Shown here: positions 24,589-38,401 of the stretch, one piece after another
Layout: each line of letters opens with the position of its first letter
Position numbering within the stretch: position 1 is the first letter of the stretch
Origin: Marsupella aquatica
Lineage: Eukaryota > Plantae > Marchantiophyta
Assembly (NCBI GenBank): GCA_973895155.1
Contig: OZ316898.1
Span: forward strand, 12,237,187 to 12,301,186
Length of the DNA stretch: 64,000 nucleotides
Reading direction: 5' to 3'
Made by a program: the position numbers and the translations under genes
Notes under the pieces: model-generated
What the model saw: only the letters and a program-made list of their open reading frames with translations
What the model was told of the DNA's origin: nothing
Databases searched by the model: none

Positions 24589-27331
24589 CACAACTTCTTC
24601 CGTTTACGAGGTGTGGTTAAATCCATTTACATATCTCTTCCCAGGTGGACGCTGCCTCCACTGTTCGCGTGGACCCTGTCACCGCCAAGATAGGACGTCC
24701 TTCATGCCCTTCCAAAGAAAGCAATCAGAAATCTTGTCTTGCCGAGCTAAACGACGGTATATTGAAATCACAGGCAGGCATCACCGAGAACGACTCAAGC
24801 TATCCTCCTTCAAAGTTGTTCGGCATCACAACGGTTACGAATATCCTCCATATCTCTTCCTTGCGTCCTACGGAAATGCCACACGTATCACACATGCTTG
24901 CCGATGATCCTCGCGAACTCGAAGCATTGAAGCGCTCAGTCTTGTTTGTCAAGCAATTAAAACTTGACGGTAATTTTTACACTTGAACCATAGTGACGAG
25001 AAGCCGTAAGCTTCCGATGCCAACCACCTCCACATGCCCTGATTTCAGATTTCTTAAAAATTGTCAGACCTGACTTTCGTCTCGTGCTTTGATCATCAGT
25101 ACTGCTAAAATGGTACATTCTTGGTGATCCAATACAGCATCACAGGTATCGCTTTCCTGTTTGATCCCTGTCCAGCGTTCATTTACATTCTCCATCTTTC
25201 AACCCTAGGATCTCTCCTCTTCTCCTGCCCCTGTACGAGCGCTAAAATCTATCTTAGAATTCCTACTTCTCGCCTCTCCTAGCTTCTTCTCGCCCTGACT
25301 GGTTATTCCCTTCCTTCGCAACCAAGAAATTATCCGCTTTCGAGATGGCTTTCTTCTTCGCTTTGTGGACGATCACTCCGGAGTCCAGCACTGTCTGCGA
25401 AACTCCACTGACATCCCATTCCGGGAAAGAGTTGGGAAATAGCAGTCCACGGTGAGCACACAGCACACCATTCCTCGAAACAGCACTTTCTTCTGCACCA
25501 TGCAGGTGCCAGTGGGATGTATCGAGTGGCGCGGTCAAAAACTTGCCCTCTACGGAAAACTCTGAACCTCCTCTCTTACCAATTTCTTCCAGTAGCAACA
25601 TGCCTTCTCTAATCTGGTCCGAACAGAAGGTGGAAAACAGCATACCCGTCGCCGAGAACCGACCAACCGAAATGGAACATCGCTCGTTTGTTCACTCGCA
25701 CTCCTGTGCGTCTGCCAGCGCTCGCTCGCGTCCTTGCTTCCTACCTTTCCCTCCCCCGTCATCGCTCGCTTCTCCTCCCGTTGCTCGCCAACACGCATTC
25801 ACTGATTCACTCCTGGCATTTGGCTTTGAACGAGAGCGCTGATAGCCTGATAGTCAATTCCACGGGCATTAAAGAGGACAAGAAAGGACAACAATGAGCA
25901 CAACTTACTACAGTATTGCTCTGCGCACTTTTAGAGCTGTACCTACGGTACTGTGCGCTCACCGTCCATCCCTCCGTCCATCGATCGCACGGCTAGTCTA
26001 GTCACCGTCAACATTCAACATTCTATAAGCGACCATCGGTCCCTCCCCCTCACTAAGATTTTTTTACCCCGGCTGACTGAATGAATGATTCTCGGGAGCT
26101 GGGGCAGCCGGGATCATTTTGGCATTCGTCAAGAACCAACAATGCGACAAAGGAAAATGCTAAATCTGCTCTAGAGGAGACAAATGGGCAGACCCACTCG
26201 TCGTTTGCTTTTTCGGAACAGGCAACATTTGCTGGTGGCGCCCCCTTTTGTCGTCATGGGTAAACGGGTAGCCTCCTCCCATTCCTGTGACACGAATCTT
26301 TCCGGGTGTCTGGTTTCTAATAGGTTTATCACGATGATGCGGCGGTCACTACGTAGAGCCAAGGGATAGAAAAGTAGCTCCGGAAAGAACTGGGAAATCT
26401 GGCATGGCGAACGAAACCTGATCAGTGAGGACGAACTCGAAGAAGATCAGGAGATGCCATAATTAGCGCGAAGGGACACAGAAGCAGCCCCGTCTTTCGC
26501 AAAACCCTTACCTCCGTAGCAGTGCGATAACTCATTCGTAGGCCAGGCCAGCCATCCCGCCAGCCGTAACGCCGTATGTATGCCGCTGCTCTAGATCTTT
26601 CGCGAGTAAATGGTTGGCCGGAAGACGATGAGCTAATGGGAGCACTCAGCACTGCCTACTGGCACCACCTCATTTCTTCCACTCGGCTAGAATGATCTCA
26701 GCCCTCCTCGAGCGCAATAATAATAATAATAATAACTATATCGGGGGAGCCCGAGGAAAAGCGGTCAGGCCGAACGCCCGCCACGCGCCTGCAAAGAGAC
26801 AATCACAATTACTGCCGGAGCATTCTTCCTCCACTCTGACAACATGTGATGCGGCCAACGCTTCATACGGCACTCGCCTCCTGTACGGGACGTACTCAAG
26901 TGTTAAATCGCACAGTCATGGAGGAAGTCAGGACTCAGGAGGACGAGAGCAGCGTCTCCTTCCTTGCATGCTCACTTTACTTCCATCCGTCACCGATTGT
27001 TGCGAATGTTGCAGTTTGCGGCGGCCTTTGCAGGTCAGGCCAGGCGAGGCGTACCGTAGAGGAGTAGAAGCTTATTTATATTTAGGACCATCGCCACTGC
27101 AGGCATTGTAATTGAATATTGGAATTGGGTGGCGGAGCTTTCCTCGCATTAACTTCGGCTCTGGGCCGACGAGGGTCGACGATAGCCCCACAGTCTCACA
27201 CCATAGCGCACGATGGGGCTGTAGAAAGAGAGCTCCAAGTCTGCGGTGCGCATCGCATGGGCGACGGGATTTTTGGGAGGAGGATTAAATTGGATCTGGG
27301 ATTAAACAATTTCCTTGAAATTGAAACAGGG

Positions 27332-27529
27332 AGGAGGGTAGTGATGTGACGATCACTGCGCGATCGATGTCACTCTCTTCATGGCCGCGGTGGTCGTTGG
27401 AATGCTCGATTTCAGGGTCCTCGAATCCTCAGGAGGGTAATGATGTGACGATCACTGCGCGATCGATTTCACTCTCTTCATGGCCGCGGTGGTCGTTGGA
27501 ATGCTCGATTTCAGGGTCCTCGAATCCTC
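27332..27529. repeat. 99-bp near-perfect tandem duplication
   Basis: 27332-27430 vs 27431-27529, about 2 mismatches. Confidence 0.9.
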
Positions 27530-30500
27530 GATAGTGGTTGCTGACTCGGTGGCTTGGCAGCATACCGCAGTCCCCGATGAAGCCTTTAATGCCCGTGTTG
27601 GCCTCGAGTGATCGAGCCATCGAGGGAGTTGTGGGACCATCGGCGAGTTATCTTAATCTTAATATACATTATTTATTTATATGGTAATTAAACAAATGTA
27701 TGAAATATAATAACACGTCCTACTGTAAATCCCTTGTCAATACTTTTTCCCAACTTGTACGGAGAATCTGTTTCTGGCCTTCGAGACCACAATTGTTACA
27801 TGTCACACAATGTTTAATGTGTGATACTAGCCGACTTTGAACATGACCAGAGGTGAGTATAAAACAGTGTAATTCTTTGATGAGAGCAGCTGACCAAAAG
27901 GTTGGCGTTTCACTATAGCCCTCGACCCTAGATGACCAGCTGATCACTTCATAGGTGGCCTTCCTAATGTATCGACTCTCTTCACATGCAACCCGTACTT
28001 CACAGACTTTCATAACGAGCCGACCCTATTTTTAAATGTGGGGCACTACTCCCAACAGTACTCCATCCCATCCCCATTTTTTTATCCCCACCCTTAATAC
28101 AATTATAGCCCCCTAGTCTTGGTCTGGCTTCAGTCTAGATGGAGGCTTTCAAAGTAGATTGGCCATTCTTTGAATATGATAACAAATTTAATAAAAATCA
28201 TCCTACATTGTCATCATTTTGACATACATAACATCCATGGTCCTCTTCGTCCACATACATTTTGGAGGGGACCTTGCATCATTTTGACACCATAACATCC
28301 ATGGTTCTACCCATCCACATGTATTTGTTGGGCCCTAGAGTCAGGGTCTAGAGGCTTCACTCTAGAAGCCTAGACCCAACTCTATTTATAAGTAAGATTC
28401 AAAAAAACTTTGCTTTCTCACATCCACTAGCCTGATTACCCACAGTTTGAAAATAATTAGAGATGAGGGGGAAACATCCTTGCAGAAAACGGATTCTATG
28501 GTATTTTCTATTCATCTTGCCTCATTGTTGTTTTTGTCTGCTAACTAAACATTCACACTTCAAAATAAACAAAGAAAGGGGTAATAAAATAAAGCAATCT
28601 TTGGATTGGGTGTGATTTTAATGTTTTTCAACAGATTGTTTAAATTTTCTATTAAATTGCCAAACTTTTGAAATAACCATGGGTAGAAAGAAACTCTCTT
28701 CAAGCTCTGTAACATTTACCAACTTAACATGGGAAACCCTTTGGCTACTATGGACAGAATAATACCAAGTGAACTTAAGAAACACTTAACATTTTGCATA
28801 GACTGGGATGTCATGGATTGTATGGACATAAGAGTACCAAGGGAACATTTTGCACGGACTCCATGCATAATCTCATCTCATCTCCATATTCAAACTTCGT
28901 CCAGTATGCAATTCTTCAATACCCCAACTTATTTGTCGAATTGCATCAAAGTTACATATTAATTGCTAATAGCTAAGGGGTCCTCAAGCTAATTTACTTG
29001 TTATGTTTGAACAATAGCAATCAATTCCTAAGAAATTTGGGTACCCTACAACTTTGCTCAAAGAATAAGAGACTTGGTAACAGAAATAAGGATCACTTTT
29101 CAAATTAAAACAATAACACTCAAGTCCTGACCCAAATCTGGTATTGGGTGCAAAAGGGATTCCAAATGCAAGAAAGTCCAAAAACAATGATTTAGTACCC
29201 TAAGTGCAATGTGGAGGCATTGTCTTTTGCTTGTGTTGGTTTTGAAAAATGGGCAGTTGTGGGCTTTCAAGTCTACTTGTTACTGGTGTAACATCTATAG
29301 TTTGTGTGATGAGTTGCATAGATGATTGACAATGTTGTATATTGATGTATGCCTGCACTAGAACAAGTATGTAATATAAACCTAACCCATTCACGGTTGG
29401 GCAATTCACTTTGTTTTCAACAACAAACACAGTCGTTGCCAGTGAAAGTCTTTGTATTAACAAAAAGAAACCTACGGGCTTGCTTCCATACTATGTACCT
29501 ACTTCACCGAAAGACTGAAATGGTTTAAACAAGAGGAACTAGCTGCCATGAAAGTTACAAAGATTGATTGTTGACATCTTTGCCAAACTGAAGCCATACG
29601 AGAGAATGTAAGGAAAAGTCAAAACAAAACGAAATCAGGGTAAGGAAGAAACCAAAATAATTATTAAGAAACTCTCAAATATACTTGTTTATCAAGTACT
29701 AGCCCTATTGCCATTGCCACCACGTCATAAAATCCAAACACAACCCAGTGACAGAAAAAGTATTGCAACGACTGTCACTAGCTTGAACTGCAGCATTGTG
29801 AAATTTGAAACTCAGTGTAAATGTAAACGTGAATGTAAAAGTGACAGAAAAGTCACTACTTGAGAAGTGGGCACAGGCACTGAGTGTAAAGACCGTGGCC
29901 TGAAAACTGAAGGATAATGCCAAAAAGGGGAAAATGCGGGGTACTGCTTCCGGTAGGCTGTGGGGAGTTTTGAGGCACACTTTATGTTATTCGAGGGACT
30001 CGTCTCGTTGGATCATTGTTACAGGCCCTCCCCTTTTCTTTGTCCTATTGGGGATCCCTTCTTCCTTGGGAATTGTACACTCCTATTTCAGTCATCTATA
30101 TTAAATTCTCTTCTTGCTTTAATTCCTTCTCTTTCGCTAGATTCTTTCTTTTGGGGGAATTGTAAATTGGAATGACAACCACGCTGTAAAAGGGCGCAAC
30201 CTTGTAATATAGATTTTGATGTATAGTAAAAATTGCAGAAAAAGTACTCTAATCTTGTAGTTTGATCCAATCACAACATCCAAAGTCCGGTGACATGCAA
30301 ATAATTAAACTACATCATTAAACTAGATTTTCACATATTGCCTCCTTCTGTCAAACATGTTGTGTGCATATACATTGTCAACCAACGTATTGTTGCCATA
30401 GTCTTGCACATAATCTAGTAATTTCTAGCCAACCTTAGAAATGACACATAAAGACAACACATCACACTTTGACATTTTCACTAACAGAAAGATGAAATTG

Positions 30501-31249
30501 TGCCACTGTCTTTGCATCTATTTTCATACCCAACCCATTACTCTTCCCACAACTTGCACATTCCTTGAAATCCAGGTGTCACAAGGACCTGCTTATTAGC
30601 TAGACAACTATATGACCATCTCACTTTTGCTCGACAACACTTCAGCTCTACATCACTTACTATCAGGAATTGGGCAAGTGTAGGATGACTACAAAGACTC
30701 CAAAAATCTAATGCATTTAAGGTACTCATTGTTTGTCTGTCGCCGTCCATGCAAAAGGTGGAACACTGCCAATGGAGAGCCACATATGTTCTAAATCAGT
30801 ATTTGTTGTATTTTTTGCAATGCTATTTGTAAAATTCAATGAGTAGCAAGTTCTGTTGGTTGGGATGTTCCAATACTCAATGAGGGTGGGAGGGTGAGAT
30901 CTAGTAAAACATTGTAGAGCAACTTCTTGAAAATTTGAGCCGGCAAAGTTGTAGCGGCAAATATGAGACTCATCAATGTTATCATTAGAAGATTTTGATG
31001 GACACTTGACAAGTTGATTCTAATGAATTTATGCATAGCATATACTATAATTTAGATCTCAGGTTATAATGAAAAGAATAGTTGTTGTTGAAAATTTCAG
31101 GATCAAATTCTGAAACAAAGAATGTCCAAAATTAGTGAAAGTAACCAACACAAGCAAATATGCCTGTTCATTCCTTATGCAACTCCTTCTACCAGTGTGC
31201 CATTTCCTTGTTAATTAGCATTTAGCATTTTGACAGTGGATGATATTAC

Positions 31250-31533
31250 CCTAACTGCCCTGCCTCTAGGACATGTGCACGGCCCAAGAGGAACTCTCAC
31301 TCAAGCCCTCAGAGTTCTCACTTCACCCTGAGCTCCGCCCATCTCATGGCCTGACCAGCCCCTAATGCCAATATGGGTCCCTTGTATTGGAGCTTAGCTC
31401 CATGCCTTGCTCTAAAGTCTTCTCATGCTTAGTCCCTTTCAGATGGCCACCCCGGGCCTGGACCATAGAGGAGCTCGGCATCGGAGTCAGTGGCGCCGGA
31501 GCTAAGTGGTAGGGTGGTCAAGTTCCGTGACTA
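31250..31533. repeat. Internally deleted copy of the dispersed element at ~41290-42357
   Basis: Shared segments ggacatg..cacggcccaa, ctctcac.caagccctca and the terminal ~90 bp ending gttccgYgacta. Confidence 0.7.
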
Positions 31534-31579
31534 TTTATTAGTAAACTATTTAACCCTATTGATACTTAACAATATGTTA

Positions 31580-32487
31580 TTACCACTTTTTACTAAGTTG
31601 TCCCCTGGATTGTCTTAATTTAGGATCCTGTCCCCCAAACAGATGTATTTGTCAAGGATGCCCCCCATTCCGTACATGGATTAGTATATATAGTTAACAT
31701 TGGGTTCCCAATTCCACATGGCAAGGCGTGAGTGGCTGCGGGTTAACCCGCTTTGACTGCTCCTTCGCCCTCCCCCTTCCCCACAGCAGGCCATCATAGC
31801 AAGCCCTGGAGGAGGCAAAATGCCCCGACCTCCTCAATCCTCGCTATGGCTGCTCAGTCACCCTCAGCCTGCAGTCGATACAATTAGGCCTGCGTGCGCT
31901 GCAGAAAATAGGGTGTTTTGCTTAAAAAAAGAGCAGGTTTCAGTGCGTTCTTCTGTGTAGAAATGAGGGATTCCAAGCATGCGTAAATAAGGGCTAAAAC
32001 TGGTCGCAACTCTGCTGGGTTCTTTTGTGTAAACTTAGCCCCTAAGCCAGTATTCAATGGAACAAGTCAAGCAGACCTTAAGGACCAAAGATGGCAGCAG
32101 AAATCAACAGAGTCAAATGTGTAAACATTTTCTGTATGATTTTGACTACAGAAATGAGGCAGGAAAAAAATGATAGTGGCCGTGTTTCTGTGAGTAAACC
32201 GAGGGGACAAAAGGTTATTGTTTTGTGAGGGGAAAGTTGGGCCCTTTTGGCTCCTCCCGGGCCTGCTAGGACAGCCTGCCATGGGGAAGGGGGAGGACAA
32301 AGGAGCAGTCAGAGGGGGTTAACCTCCAGCCACTAACACCTCACCATGTGGCATTGGGTACCCACTGTTAACTTTATTCTGTCTAACACGTACAGGGAAT
32401 GATGGGCATTGTGGCAAATAAATTTGCTTGGGGGACAGGATCCTAAATTTGGAAAATTGGGGGGACAGCTCAGTGAAAATCTGTTAT
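31580..32487. mobile_element. Foldback element (possibly Mutator-like) with ~260-bp degenerate terminal inverted repeats
   Basis: 31580-31837 is reverse-complementary to 32225-32487 (e.g. aatttaggatcctgtcccccaa / ttgggggacaggatcctaaatt); TSD not resolved. Confidence 0.75.
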
Positions 32488-34176
32488 ATACTATTACAAA
32501 GATGACTGCACTGCAAAATCAAACCAAAAAGTCAGGGGAGGGCTTTAATTGTCCTTCCTTCTTCACTATGAGGGCGGTCTTCCTGAAGGAGTTGAGTGAA
32601 TGAAAGCACAGTGAAGGCTGTGTTGCCCATGCACTGCTGTCCATCACTCGCAATTAGGGTGGTTTACAAAACATGGAGGCACTTGTGACTGTTGTCACCA
32701 AAACAAATTGGAGGGGCAGTTTTTGTTCCAAGGACATTTCAAATCAATAATTTTTGAAATGAATTCAATAAATACAAATTCTTTCAATTAAGAAGCCAAA
32801 GCTTGAAAACGTATGGACCACCCTAAAATACTAGACAACAGAAGCACTCCACATCAATGTTTCCTTGGGCTCCACATCAATGTTTCCTTGGGCCCACTGC
32901 TTGCCATGCAGTATAGATGGACAAAGGTACCCACAATTCTCGTAAAGCCAATCAAAACCCTTTCTATGGTCCAGACTAAATTAATGTCAGAGGGAAATAA
33001 AAATAAGCGATTGGGCCATTCTACGGATCAGATTAAATCTGAGAGAGAAAAACTAAACAATTGGGCCCCAGCTTCCAACATTCTTGGATTATTAAAAGCC
33101 TAAACTCTTTGAGAGCTCTTGCCCTTATTATTAGAGTAAAATCGGCCCCACCCCATGGCTATCCTTTACAAACAAGAATTTCCTTGGTCAGCGCACTGGA
33201 TTCGTTGTGAATCTCTCCTTTCTCTTCTTTCTCTTGCTTGGATTCTTCATTCTTCGAGTGGTGTTGTGTGTAGTGCATTTGGTTGTCCGTCTCATTTGAG
33301 GACTGTTGAGGACGGGACAGTGAGTTCTGTCATTTCAAAGCAAAACAGAGAGCAAAAGTTCTGGATCGATGGTGTCACAGGTGGTGAATCCGCAGAGCTG
33401 AGCTGCAGGACAAAGCACAACGCGTGGCGCCAGGACTTGCAATCTCTGCGGTCAGTTTCCAAAATCGAAACACGTTTCCCCTTATGCTTTTGAATCTAGC
33501 GTCTCCGGTTAATTACCTTTCGAGTGCCTCTTCTTCCTTTCCTTCAAGACCTCAAGAATCCTTTGAAATCTTTCGGCAGCTCAATGGATTCGAAACCGAC
33601 TGAGCCTCTCGCTCCTTCCGTTGCTATACTGTGGTCAGATTTAGTTAACGAGCTCTTTTCTTTGGGGAATACTGGAGCAAGAGTTTGGAGGCGGTTTCTG
33701 GCGGGGTTGCCTTGAGGGGAGTAGCTTTAAGGTCTGGGACCGATTCGACTGCACGAGTCCGGTATTCTGCCGGTTCTTCTTACCCAAGAATGATGCAAGT
33801 ACGTCTCTTCAGAGAATCGGATACGCCTTTCATTTATTTTGTTTCCTTATTGTGCTCCATTCGTTTAGGGAATACACTTTTCATTTTGTGTCCTCATTGT
33901 GGTCCATTCTCTGATTAGATACACATTAAGTAACGTCCCTTCTTTGTCCCTTCCATCGAGCATGATTAGTATTTATTCGAGGAAGAGCATTGATTCTCCA
34001 ACGAAAGCCGGAGGAGAGAGGGTGAATGGATTGGTCTTGCTGCTGAGTCACTTGACGGTGAAAGCGGAGTTTTTTTTTAAGGCGAAGCGTTCTGAAGAAG
34101 CCAGAGCCGGGCACGCAATACTCTTTGATTGTGTACTCGGTTCCCGACGAATTGACAAGCTCGTGGGAAACCTGCG

Positions 34177-37100
34177 ATGGCAACGCCGAGCTGCAATTTA
34201 GACGTGGATCCTACAGTACCGGTGGAAGAATTGTATGCTGCCGCGAGGTAAGATCGGTGGAGTAGTGACATCGGTTTCGAAGGTATCACTACTCTGGTAT
34301 TTTCCATAGTCTGCTTGCTCTTAATTGCCTGCTGCGTTTGTGGACGTGGAGGATAGTGGGTAACCTTACATGTCCTTGACGAACTGCAGGCGTGTGTGCA
34401 AAGTGCTCGTGAAAGAGTGGGCGAGTATTGACGAGACGAGTTTTAACGTGTCCACAATCACCGGAGGCATCACGAATCTATGTGAGGTTTTAAGCTCGTC
34501 TAGTGCTTGCTGTGTGATTGACTGACTTTCTAAGTAGACTAGCGTCAAGATGGGCAAGGGACAAATGCAATGTGATGGGCATACGCCATGATATCTGTCG
34601 CTGTAGTTCACTATGTGTTGTTAAACTTGATCTCGTCTCCACAGTGCTGAAGGTATGGGTGGATGCCAAAGGACTATCCCCTGATGCAGTTACAGTTCGG
34701 ATATTTGGTCCCAACACTGAGGCGGTCATCGATCGTAATCGAGAGCTTCAGGTGTGCGTTCATTCATTACGTTTTTTCCTCTTTGGCCCAGTAGTAGACA
34801 ACTTGGTTTTATGCCAAAAAAAGGATTTCATTTTAAAGAGTCAGCGAACGTGGAGTGTTCTTGCACTGGGACTTAAGAACTATGTTGGGGCTAACTTGCA
34901 TGGAGGGAGCTGGTCTCCAGTGTAGTGATGTTTGCAAACAACTGTAGGCCGTCTTCTCGAATCAAAAGTGGTGGGTATCTTGAAAGTGGATGTTTTGCTT
35001 CTGATAGGAGAGGGGCACATAACACCCGTTTGGACAGCAATGCGGCTAACTTATGTTGTTGTCAATTCAAACATTTTATACTGAAAAATAATGGCAATTC
35101 GCATGTGGATCGTGTTTACAAACTAGGCGTGTTGTGAACACAGTTTTGTCCAGTGCCTTTTGCATGGTTGCGGAGATTGGATTACATTTCCTCTAGAAGT
35201 TCATTGATGTTGACTGTAGTTACAAAATTGGGCAGTTTTGAAATGAAGCTTAAAGTCGCCCTGACACTTTTGAACTTACCAAGCAGTCAACGACCTCAAG
35301 ACCTAACTTTTGATGGGCATAATGTTCCAAAGGCTATCTACGATTCATGAATGTCGAGAAGGTCGACCTCTTGTTGTTTCTGTTGACAGTATTGTCTGGC
35401 TTCAAGTGCTAGTAGCAGAGTTGTATAAGAAGATCTGAACAGAATTTTGGCGTGGCGCGCAGGCTCTTCGTCATCTCTCGTCGGCTGGATTTGGTGCACA
35501 GCTAATTGGACTGTTCGAGAATGGAATGGTGCAAAGCTTCATCGTTGCCAGGACCCTTTCTCCCCCAGGTCATACTCTATTTAAATTAGTCGCTGCTGCC
35601 TTGGCCGCTCGTGTCAAACGAAGTGCATTTCTCGGATTAAGTTATAGGTCGTTGGATTATTTTTGTAGCCTCTGGTTTGATGGATGGTCAATGGATGTTA
35701 TGTTGCAGATCTTTCACATCCGAAATTGGCAGCCCGTATTGCAAAAGAACTCCGAAGGCTTCATGATACCGAGGTCCCTGGATCGAGAGAACCACAACTT
35801 TGGGTGGACATTGGGAAGTTCACGAATGAAGGTTTGCCTTATGGAGATTCTCAATGATTAATTGCCTAGGTTTCCTCAAGGGAATAGAAGACATATTTGC
35901 TGACGTGCATCCCTAAATGTTACTTTTGTGATCTATACCTGTATGCATGTTATGCTTATATGGTGTCGACAACGTTGTAGTTTTGAAAGTTGCATTGAAA
36001 CCTGGAATTTTTGCTTTGTGGCATTCATTAATATCATGTCAATTGCTGCACTGAAGCCTCAACCGTATCATTTGATGACGATAGCAAGCAAAAGAAGTAC
36101 AACACAATATCGTTCACAGAGCTTAGGGAGGAAATTCAGGCTCTCAAGGTAAAGTTTGATTTAGCAAAGGTTTGATGCATCCAGTGTGGCTTTAACCAAT
36201 TGTGAACTTACAGCGGTTTAGTTACAGTGAAGGACTTAAAATTGCTCTCCGTTCTAGTAAGATCGCTTGACCCTTCCCGTGTCTCTCTTCTTTTCTTGCA
36301 TCTTCAGTGCAACCAGCCAGACGATCCCTCTCTTCCAGGCCTGAACAGGTTCCAAACTTGTCTGCAATGGGTTTTGTTGTGGTGTACTAGTTGATATCTT
36401 TAATTGGAAAGAGGTGGAACTTGTAATTATGTCACAGATTAATGTGAGTTTACTGGAATTTTCAGAGTTTTTTTTGTTGTCCCTGTTTCAGAAATGCTGC
36501 GACTGTTTGGAGGCCCCCATTGTGTTTGGTCACAATGACTTACTCTCTGGTAACATCATGTACAATGAGGATACAGGTAGTTAATCGTCCTGACTATTAG
36601 GCCGACAGTCATGTGTGGCCTCATCAAGTTTAGAGTAGGATGTCGTCGCTAGCTCAAGGAATTAGTGTTAGAAGCATGTACCCTGTTCTAGCATTCCTCT
36701 CTGTAAATGTTTTAGGCTCTGGCAGACGTTTAGGTACAGTCTGTATATGTGGCTCTATAGGTTTGTAGCACTATTTTTGAAACTGAGGTTCTCTCCTTGG
36801 TAACCTGACATTAAGTGACATCATATCTGGTACTCCTTGGGTAGAAAACGACCACACTCTGCAACTGCTTTAACACTTGTCACTCTCTCTTCTCTCCACA
36901 GTTCGTATGTGGACCGAAGCTGCATCATACAGCACAATAGGAATAATAGAGTGGTTGAATGTTGCTATCCAGTTATACAAGTTACGGTAGTTTTTCTTGA
37001 TGACTGTTGCATCTTGGTAGAGACGGCAGCCCTAGATGTATGATATGGCCGATTCCCTTCGTTCATGTCGTGTCTTCGTTTTTAAAGAGGTGTAGCCCTA

Positions 37101-38401
37101 AATCAGTGAAATGAGGTGGATCTTTTGGAACATTGCATACCTTGATCCAAGATAGGTGCCTGCACAACTTTAAAATGTGTCGGAGGCTAAGCAGGAGGTT
37201 CTGGTTAATGGGGACTGGCCCATCGATAGTTTTCTAATAGAACCGCTAGGTGAAGGATGGTCTGAATATGTCTGTGCGGTACGAAATAGGTCTGAATATG
37301 AAATCTGACACAAAAATTCATATCCCTGTTGCAACATTTGTCAATATAATTCAAATCTATTTCAACAGATAATTTTCTTGCAAAGGTGACAGTTGGTTTT
37401 TTACACGGAGATTTTCTTGATGCAGGTGCACTGCATCTCATAGACTTTGAGTACAGTTCATACAGTTACCGTGGCTACGACATTGCCAATCACTTTAACG
37501 AGTATGCTGGATTTGACTGCGACTACAGCTTGTATGTTCAAACATTCTCGGATTTTACTCCCTGGCAGATTTTCACTTTTCTTAAATCTCATTTTGCTGA
37601 GAGATTCTTGTGAGCTTGGAAGTCTCGCTCTTGCTTTCTGAGAAGCTCTGCAGTAGATATGACAGATCGATAAGAACAGATTTATTGTACAGCTTTGAAT
37701 GCTAAAGTTCAAATTTAGTGGCTTAGCGTGTTAATGGTGCAGGTATCCAAAGAAAGAAGCTCAGTATCACTTTTTCAGACACTATATACATCCTGATGGT
37801 CCAAATAAGGTATGAATGAAATAACCCTGGTACTCGAAGGATTTTTTGCATGTGAAACAGAAATACTTGCAAAACACACTTTGGACTACTAACGGGATTT
37901 GTGCGTCCTATCTGTTCCTCAGACAACCGAAACTCAGTTGCAGTCGTTATATGTTGAAACCAATGTCTACGCCCTAGCTTCTCATCTTTATTGGGCCGTG
38001 TGGGCCATTGTTCAGGTACGTTTCAATATGCATCCCTTGGGGGTATCTTGTGCTTGGAATGTTCTATTGTTATGGGAGGTCCATGCTGGATTGATGTCCT
38101 CCTAGAATCTAGATTCAAGTCTAACAATCACTTTATATACGATTCAGGCTCCAATGGATGTTTCATTGATATCTTTGCAGCTTGAAGCCATGCCTCGTTC
38201 TCACGCAGATTTATCTTTATATCTCATAGAACAGTTCAGTCCTGTCCTACCTCATAAATCTCTCACAAATTTCTTACGCCGCTCCTGCAGGCTAGATTTT
38301 CTTCCATTGGCTTCGACTACTTGGAGTACTTCTTTTTGCGATACCAGGAATACAAGAAAAGGAAGACCGAGTACCTCAAGCTGATCCAATTGAAGAACTA
38401 G
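34177..38401 (+). CDS. Choline/ethanolamine kinase (probable ethanolamine kinase), about 350 aa. Exons: 34177-34247, 34390-34481, 34645-34751, 35463-35568, 35709-35831, 36057-36148, 36492-36576, 37426-37531, 37743-37809, 37923-38015, 38291-38401
   Basis: Motifs GGITNLLLK, VRIFGPNTEAVIDRNRELQ, Brenner motif HNDLLSGNIM, choline kinase motif IDFEYSSYSYRGYDIANHFNE, ASHLYWAVW and FDYLEY; all junctions GT-AG and in phase. Confidence 0.95.

Noticed and set aside
27424-27440. Partial match to miR390 (ctcaggaggg)
   Set aside because: Only 10 nt, created by the duplication junction, and no hairpin partner seen
30180-31240. Possible decayed transposase on the minus strand (KCDV-like Cys motif)
   Set aside because: Too many stops and frameshifts to assign by eye; needs a frameshift-aware HMM search
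33524-34176. N-terminal extension exons for the kinase
   Set aside because: The candidate splice from ~33798 to ~34082 is not in the kinase frame, so it is treated as 5' UTR
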